Positions 57,710-64,000 of a DNA stretch of 64,000 nt are shown here, one piece after another. The translations under genes and the position numbers were made by a program. The notes beneath the pieces are model-generated. The model saw only the letters and a program-made list of their open reading frames with translations. It did no database searches and was not told where the DNA came from. The DNA lies in NCBI GenBank assembly GCA_028826165.1, contig JAPDFW010000093.1:186001-250000 (forward strand). The letters run 5' to 3'. This DNA is from Anaeramoeba ignava BMAN (taxonomy: Eukaryota > Protista > Anaeramoebae). Each line of letters opens with the position of its first letter. Position 1 is the stretch's first letter.

Positions 57710-58850
57710 ATTTCTTTTATTAATATTATTTAATTAATATTATATTGAAAATGGAAATTATTTTGAATTAATATTTAATTAATAAATAAATTTAAAAATT
57801 AATTTATAATAAATTGATTGAAATTTTATTATTAATTTATAAATTATTTATTTAAATTTCTTTTATTAATATTATTTAATTAATATTATATCGAAAATGG
57901 AAATTATTTTGAATTAATATTTAATTATTTAATTTGTAAAATTAATTTTTAAAAAAATTTTAATTATGAAGAATAAATTAGGTTTTTAAATTTTTTCTTT
58001 TATTAATATTATTTAATTAATATTATATCGAAAATGGAAATTATTTTGAATTAATATTTAATTTATAAATAGATTTAAAAATTAATTTATAATAAATTGA
58101 TTGAAATTTTATTATTAATTTATAAATTATTTATTTAAATTTATTTTTATTAATATTATTTAATCAATATTATATCGAAAATGGAAATTATTTTGAATTA
58201 ATATTTAATTAATAAATAAATTTAAAAATTAATTTATAATAAATTGATTGAAATTTTATTATTAATTTATGAATTATTTATTTAAAATTTCTTTTATTAA
58301 TATTATTTAATTAATATTATATCGAAAATGGAAATTATTTTGAATTAATATTTAATTAATAAATAAATTTAAAAATTAATTTATAATAAATTGATTAAAA
58401 TTTTATTATTAATTTATGAATTATTTATTTAAATTTCTTTTATTAATATTATTTAATTATTAATATTAATATTATATCGAAAATGGAAATTATTTTGAAT
58501 TAATATTTAATTCTAATTTAAAAATTAAATAGAATAATCTAGGTTTTTAAATTTTTTCTTTTATTAATATTATTTAATTAATATTATATCGAAAATGGAA
58601 ATTATTTTGAATTAATATTTAATTTATAAATAGATTTAAAAATTAATTTATAATAAATTGATTAAAATTTTATTATTAATTTATAAATTATTTATTTAAA
58701 TTTCTTTTATTAATATTATTTAATCAATATTATATCGAAAATGGAAATTATTTTGAATTAATATTTAATTTATAAATAGATTTAAAAATTAATTTATAAT
58801 AAATTGATTAAAATTTTATTATTAATTTATAAATTATTTATTTGAATTCT
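57710..58850. repeat. Satellite of 8 units of 112-155 bp (mostly 146-147 bp)
   Basis: The anchor GAAAATGGAAATTATTTTG recurs at 57747, 57893, 58030, 58177, 58324, 58479, 58591 and 58737. Confidence 0.92.
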
Positions 58851-59364
58851 TAATATTTATGTAAATAGGGGTAATTTTTTAATTAAAGAAATTAAATAAA
58901 AAAAATAAACTTGTTTTTTTGCTTTAAATTAATAAGTGATTAAATTGTTTCTTTTTTTTTGCTTTTCTTTTTTATTTTAATTAAAAAAAAAACAAACAAG
59001 ATCAAAACATTTTTTTTTTAAAACTTTTTTATTTTTAAAAAGAGTTTTAATAAGTTCTAGTCAAATAATTTAATTGTTTGAATAGTTAATTAAAAGTTTT
59101 TTTTCTTAGTTTTAATTCTTTTATTAAAAAAATAAAGCAAAAAAATAAAGAAAAAACTTAAAAAAATAAGAAATGATTAATAAATGACTAATTAAAATTG
59201 GTATAAAAGAAAAAAAAAATTTTTTTTTATTTTTCATTTTTCATTTTAAAAGAAATATTTCTTTTATTTTGTAATTATTGATTAAAAAATTTAAAATAAA
59301 ATAAAAAATAATTTTATTGATTAAAAAATTATTGATTAAAATAAAAATAAAATAGAAAACTAAA

Positions 59365-60496
<1,132 letters not shown>

Positions 60497-60761
60497 ATAG
60501 CATTTTTTTTAAAAGAAATAATTTTCTTTTTTCTTTTTTCTTTTTTTTCATTTTTTTTTTTTTGGAAGGAATCTTTTTAACTAATACTTCTTTAAAACAA
60601 AATTAAGGAAAATAAAACAAATTTGGTTCTTCTTCAAAATAATTTTTTAATTTTAATTTTAATTTTGATTTTGATTTTAATTTTGATTTTAATTTTGATT
60701 TTTAATTTTAATTTTAATTTTAATTTTAATTTTAATTTTAATTTTAATTTTAATTTTAATT

Positions 60762-62557
60762 TTAATTTTGATTATTAAATTTCTTAATTAATAAATCAAA
60801 TAAATTTGGATTTGTTTGATTTAATTGAAAATAATCAATTCCAATTTCAATTTCGTCAATGATTTCTTTTGTAATTTGAATTTCATCTTTAATTTGATTT
60901 GAATAAATCCAATATTCAAATAATTGAAATGATTTATTACTTAATTCACTATAATCTGTAACTTTATTAGAATTATCTTCAGTTACAGATAAAAACATTC
61001 CTCGATATAATTCACTTCTCATTATTAATATTAATTTAGGAAATTTATATTGTTTTTCTTTTCTTTCAATTATAAAATCTTTTTCATTTTCATTTTCATT
61101 TTCATTTAAATAAATTCTTTTCATTGTTTCTTCAATTTTTTCATTTAAATTTATAATTTCTTTAATTTCAAAATATAATTTTGGATTTATTTTGGAATTA
61201 TTTGAATAAATCATTTCAAATATTTGATTTGATTCTTTAATTGATTTAGTTGAAATAATTTCTTGAAGTTTTTCAATTTGATTTTGAATTTCATTTTGAT
61301 TTAATCTATATTTCAATATTAATTTATGAGCTGAGATTATTTCTCCATTTTTGGTTTTAAATGAAATATCACAAAATTCTTTTCTTTGGAATAGGTTTAT
61401 CAAATCTTCTTCAATATTGGAAAAAGAAGAAATAAAAGGAGAATAATAAAGAAATGATTTATTAATGCCACAAGAAATATGATAATTGGAAATATTTTCA
61501 TTAAATCTTAATTTAGGAAGTTCAATTTGAATTGGAATTGGTTGATTTTTGTATTTCCATTTCCTAATTGACCATATAAATTATATCCAAATCCTATTAA
61601 TTTTGAATTAGAAGTTAAAATCAAAGTATGCCTGTATCCAACAGAAAAATCAAGAATATTATTATCATTTTCAAATAAAGATGATTTGATTTCAGTAAAT
61701 TCATAAGTATGCCCATATTTTTTGCCAAGTCCATTATATCGAAAATTTCCACATGAATAAAGTTTTCTTTTTGGATTTTGATTTTGATTTTCAATTAACA
61801 TTATTGAATGACAACTTCCACATTGAATATCAATTATTTCACCTTTTGGAATATTTTGGATTTTGGTTAATTTTGTGATATATTCTTTTCTTGATTCTCC
61901 TAATCCAAGTTCACAAAATTCATTCGATCCGCATACAAATAATTCTTGATTTGAATTTAAAAAAAAAACATGATTTGATGTATTTCCTGAAAATATTTTA
62001 GAAACATTTTTCATCATTAAAATTGGTTTTTCTGTTTCTTTAAGTGTTTGAGAATCAATTCCAAGTTGATCAGAATCATTTGAACCAATTCCATAAGCAT
62101 TTTGATTTAAAGTTAATAAATAAATTGAAAAGGCAGAACAAACAATATCTTCAATTATTCTATCATTTGTATCTTCAATTAATGATGAAATATTGATAAA
62201 TTCATTTGGATTATTTGGATTGACATCATTTCCTTTGGCAAATACATTTCCTTCTATTGTTAAAATAGCTTCATTTTTATAACCAACAGTTACTTTTTGA
62301 ATATTTTCTTCAATTTGGATTTTTTCAGGATTTTGATTTAAATCATTTTCATTTAAATATTCTATTGCTTTTCCATTTTTAAAAAGGAAAATTGTTGAAA
62401 AAAAGTTTGATGAAATTTGTTTAATTTGTTTTTCATTTTCATTTTCATTTTCATTTTCATTTTCAAATTTAAATTGAATTGGTTTTGTTATTATTTCTGG
62501 TTCATTTTTTAAAAGAATTGGTTCTTGATTTAAACCAAAAAATAAAACTTCATTCAT
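60762..62557 (-). CDS. RCC1-BTB-BTB copy 5 (frameshift at ~61548)
   Basis: ORFs 61508-62557 and 60762-61403 are collinear with copy 1. Confidence 0.8.
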
Positions 62558-62684
62558 TTTCTTGATTTTAAATTTTTTAGAAAGGAAAAAATTGAAACTT
62601 ACTTCATTTCCAAAAAATTTTTCTCAATTTAAAAAAAAAAAAAGAAGAAAATTAGATCATTTTTTTTTCATTTTTTTTATTATT

Positions 62685-63874
62685 ATGTCATTTGGATTAT
62701 TCAATACAGCAGAAGAAATTCCAATTCCACTTACAGGAATACAAATCAAAGCAAAAATCATTGATTTTGTTGGAGAAGTTGAAATTACACAAAGATATCA
62801 AAATATCAACAATTATCCTTTAGAATGTGTTTATAAATTCCTTTTAGATCAATCAGTTGCTGTCAACTCATTCCAAGCTCAAATCGGAGATAGATACATT
62901 CAGGGAGTAGTCAAAAAAAACGAGAAGGCAAACGAAGAATACAACGATGCTATTGCCCAAGGCGAAACAGCAATGCTACTTTCGGAGAAAAAAGGAAAAT
63001 TTGAAGTTTCGATTGGAAATTTTCCTTCTGGAACTGAAATTTATATTCAAATTAAATACGTTGTTGAACTTGAACCAAATTTGAATGGAGATGTTGTTTT
63101 TAAAATTCCCCACCAAATCGCTCCTCTTTTCCATTTGCGCGATCCACAATTTTCTTCTGATCATGTTCATGATTCCATCCAAAAAGTCTCAAACGGAATT
63201 TCAATTGATGTTCTTGTTTTTAAAGAACAAAATTTGGCGGAAATTGAATCAAATTCACTAGAAATTATCACTTCGGATTTTTCAAACGAATACAAATTAA
63301 TCCAATTGAAAAATGAGTGCATGAAACTTGAAAAAGATTTTGAATTAGTAATCAAAAGGAAAAATCCATCTTTTCCGAGAATTTGGATTGAAAAGGAAAA
63401 CGAGGCTCAAATCGAGAAAGATCAAGAAGACGCGATCATGATTTCTTTATATCCAATTATTCCACAGCAAAACTTCAAGGAAATTTCCGAAATTATTTTT
63501 GTTGTTGATCAAAGTGGTTCAATGAGTGGTGATCGTATTGAATACACAAAGCTTTGTCTTCTCAAAGCAATGGAAAAATTGCCAAAATCTTGTTTCGTCA
63601 ACATCGTTTCTTTCGGTTCAACTTACTCTGCTTTGTTTGAAAAAAGTGTTCTTAATAATGATGCTAACAATAAAACAATTGTTGATTACATTCAAAAAAT
63701 ATCAGCTAATTTTGGTGGTACTCAACTTTATTCTCCCCTTCGCTTTCTATTAGAACTAGAAAAAATCCCTCGTGTTCCAAGACAATTATTTATACTAACT
63801 GATGGAGAAATTCATGATACGCAAGAAGTACTTAATTTAGTTAAGAGGAATTCAGATTTTACTCGTTGTTTCAC
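62685..63874 (+). CDS. VIT + von Willebrand A domain protein (VWA5A/PARP4/ITIH-like), first exon; continues beyond the window
   Basis: VIT: IPLTGIQIKAKI..EITQRYQN..LECVYKF..FEVSIGNFP. vWA MIDAS: IFVVDQSGSMSG..GGTQL..LFILTDGE. GT donor at 63875. Confidence 0.9.
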
Positions 63875-64000
63875 GTAAATTTTTTATTCCAAAAATTTTA
63901 AAATTTAAAAATTTAATTGTGTGTTTTTTGATTTTGATTTAGATTGTAAAATTTTATTTTTTAATTTTAATATTTAATCCAAAATTTCTTAATTGTTCCA

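Noticed and set aside
62685-63874. Intein/Hint insertion in the vWA gene or elsewhere in the window
   Set aside because: No intein splicing motifs (N-terminal C/S block, C-terminal HN) or LAGLIDADG domain were recognised in the visible sequence. The rest of the vWA gene lies outside the window.

Overview
Very AT-rich, intron-containing eukaryotic (protist) DNA using the standard genetic code. The gene content and style (BTB-adaptor expansions, (EN)n/(QN)n runs, A-rich introns) resemble the anaerobic metamonad Anaeramoeba, but that assignment is inference only. Left to right: an ankyrin-BTB-BTB gene end; a TIS11/ZFP36-type tandem CCCH gene; a FAF-type UBX gene head-to-head with a CAP-Gly/coiled-coil/LisH/RasGEF gene; a ~21 kb tandem array of eight 4-exon genes (plus one orphan 3' fragment) encoding N-myristoylation-type (MGN...) PAS-domain + coiled-coil proteins, which the ORF track splits into unrecognisable pieces; an FtsX/MacB-type permease; an RGS-DH-PH-MORN gene; a rearranged duplicated block with two BTB-BACK-TLDc genes, two ~145-bp satellites, two actins and 4-5 RCC1-BTB-BTB genes with hypervariable propeller loops; a Mutator-like transposon with perfect 71-bp TIRs; and the start of a VIT-vWA gene. 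The best candidates for undescribed systems are the diversified membrane-anchored PAS sensor array and the diversifying BTB (putative Cullin-3) receptor repertoire. Many single-base frameshifts lie in homopolymers and are probably assembly errors.
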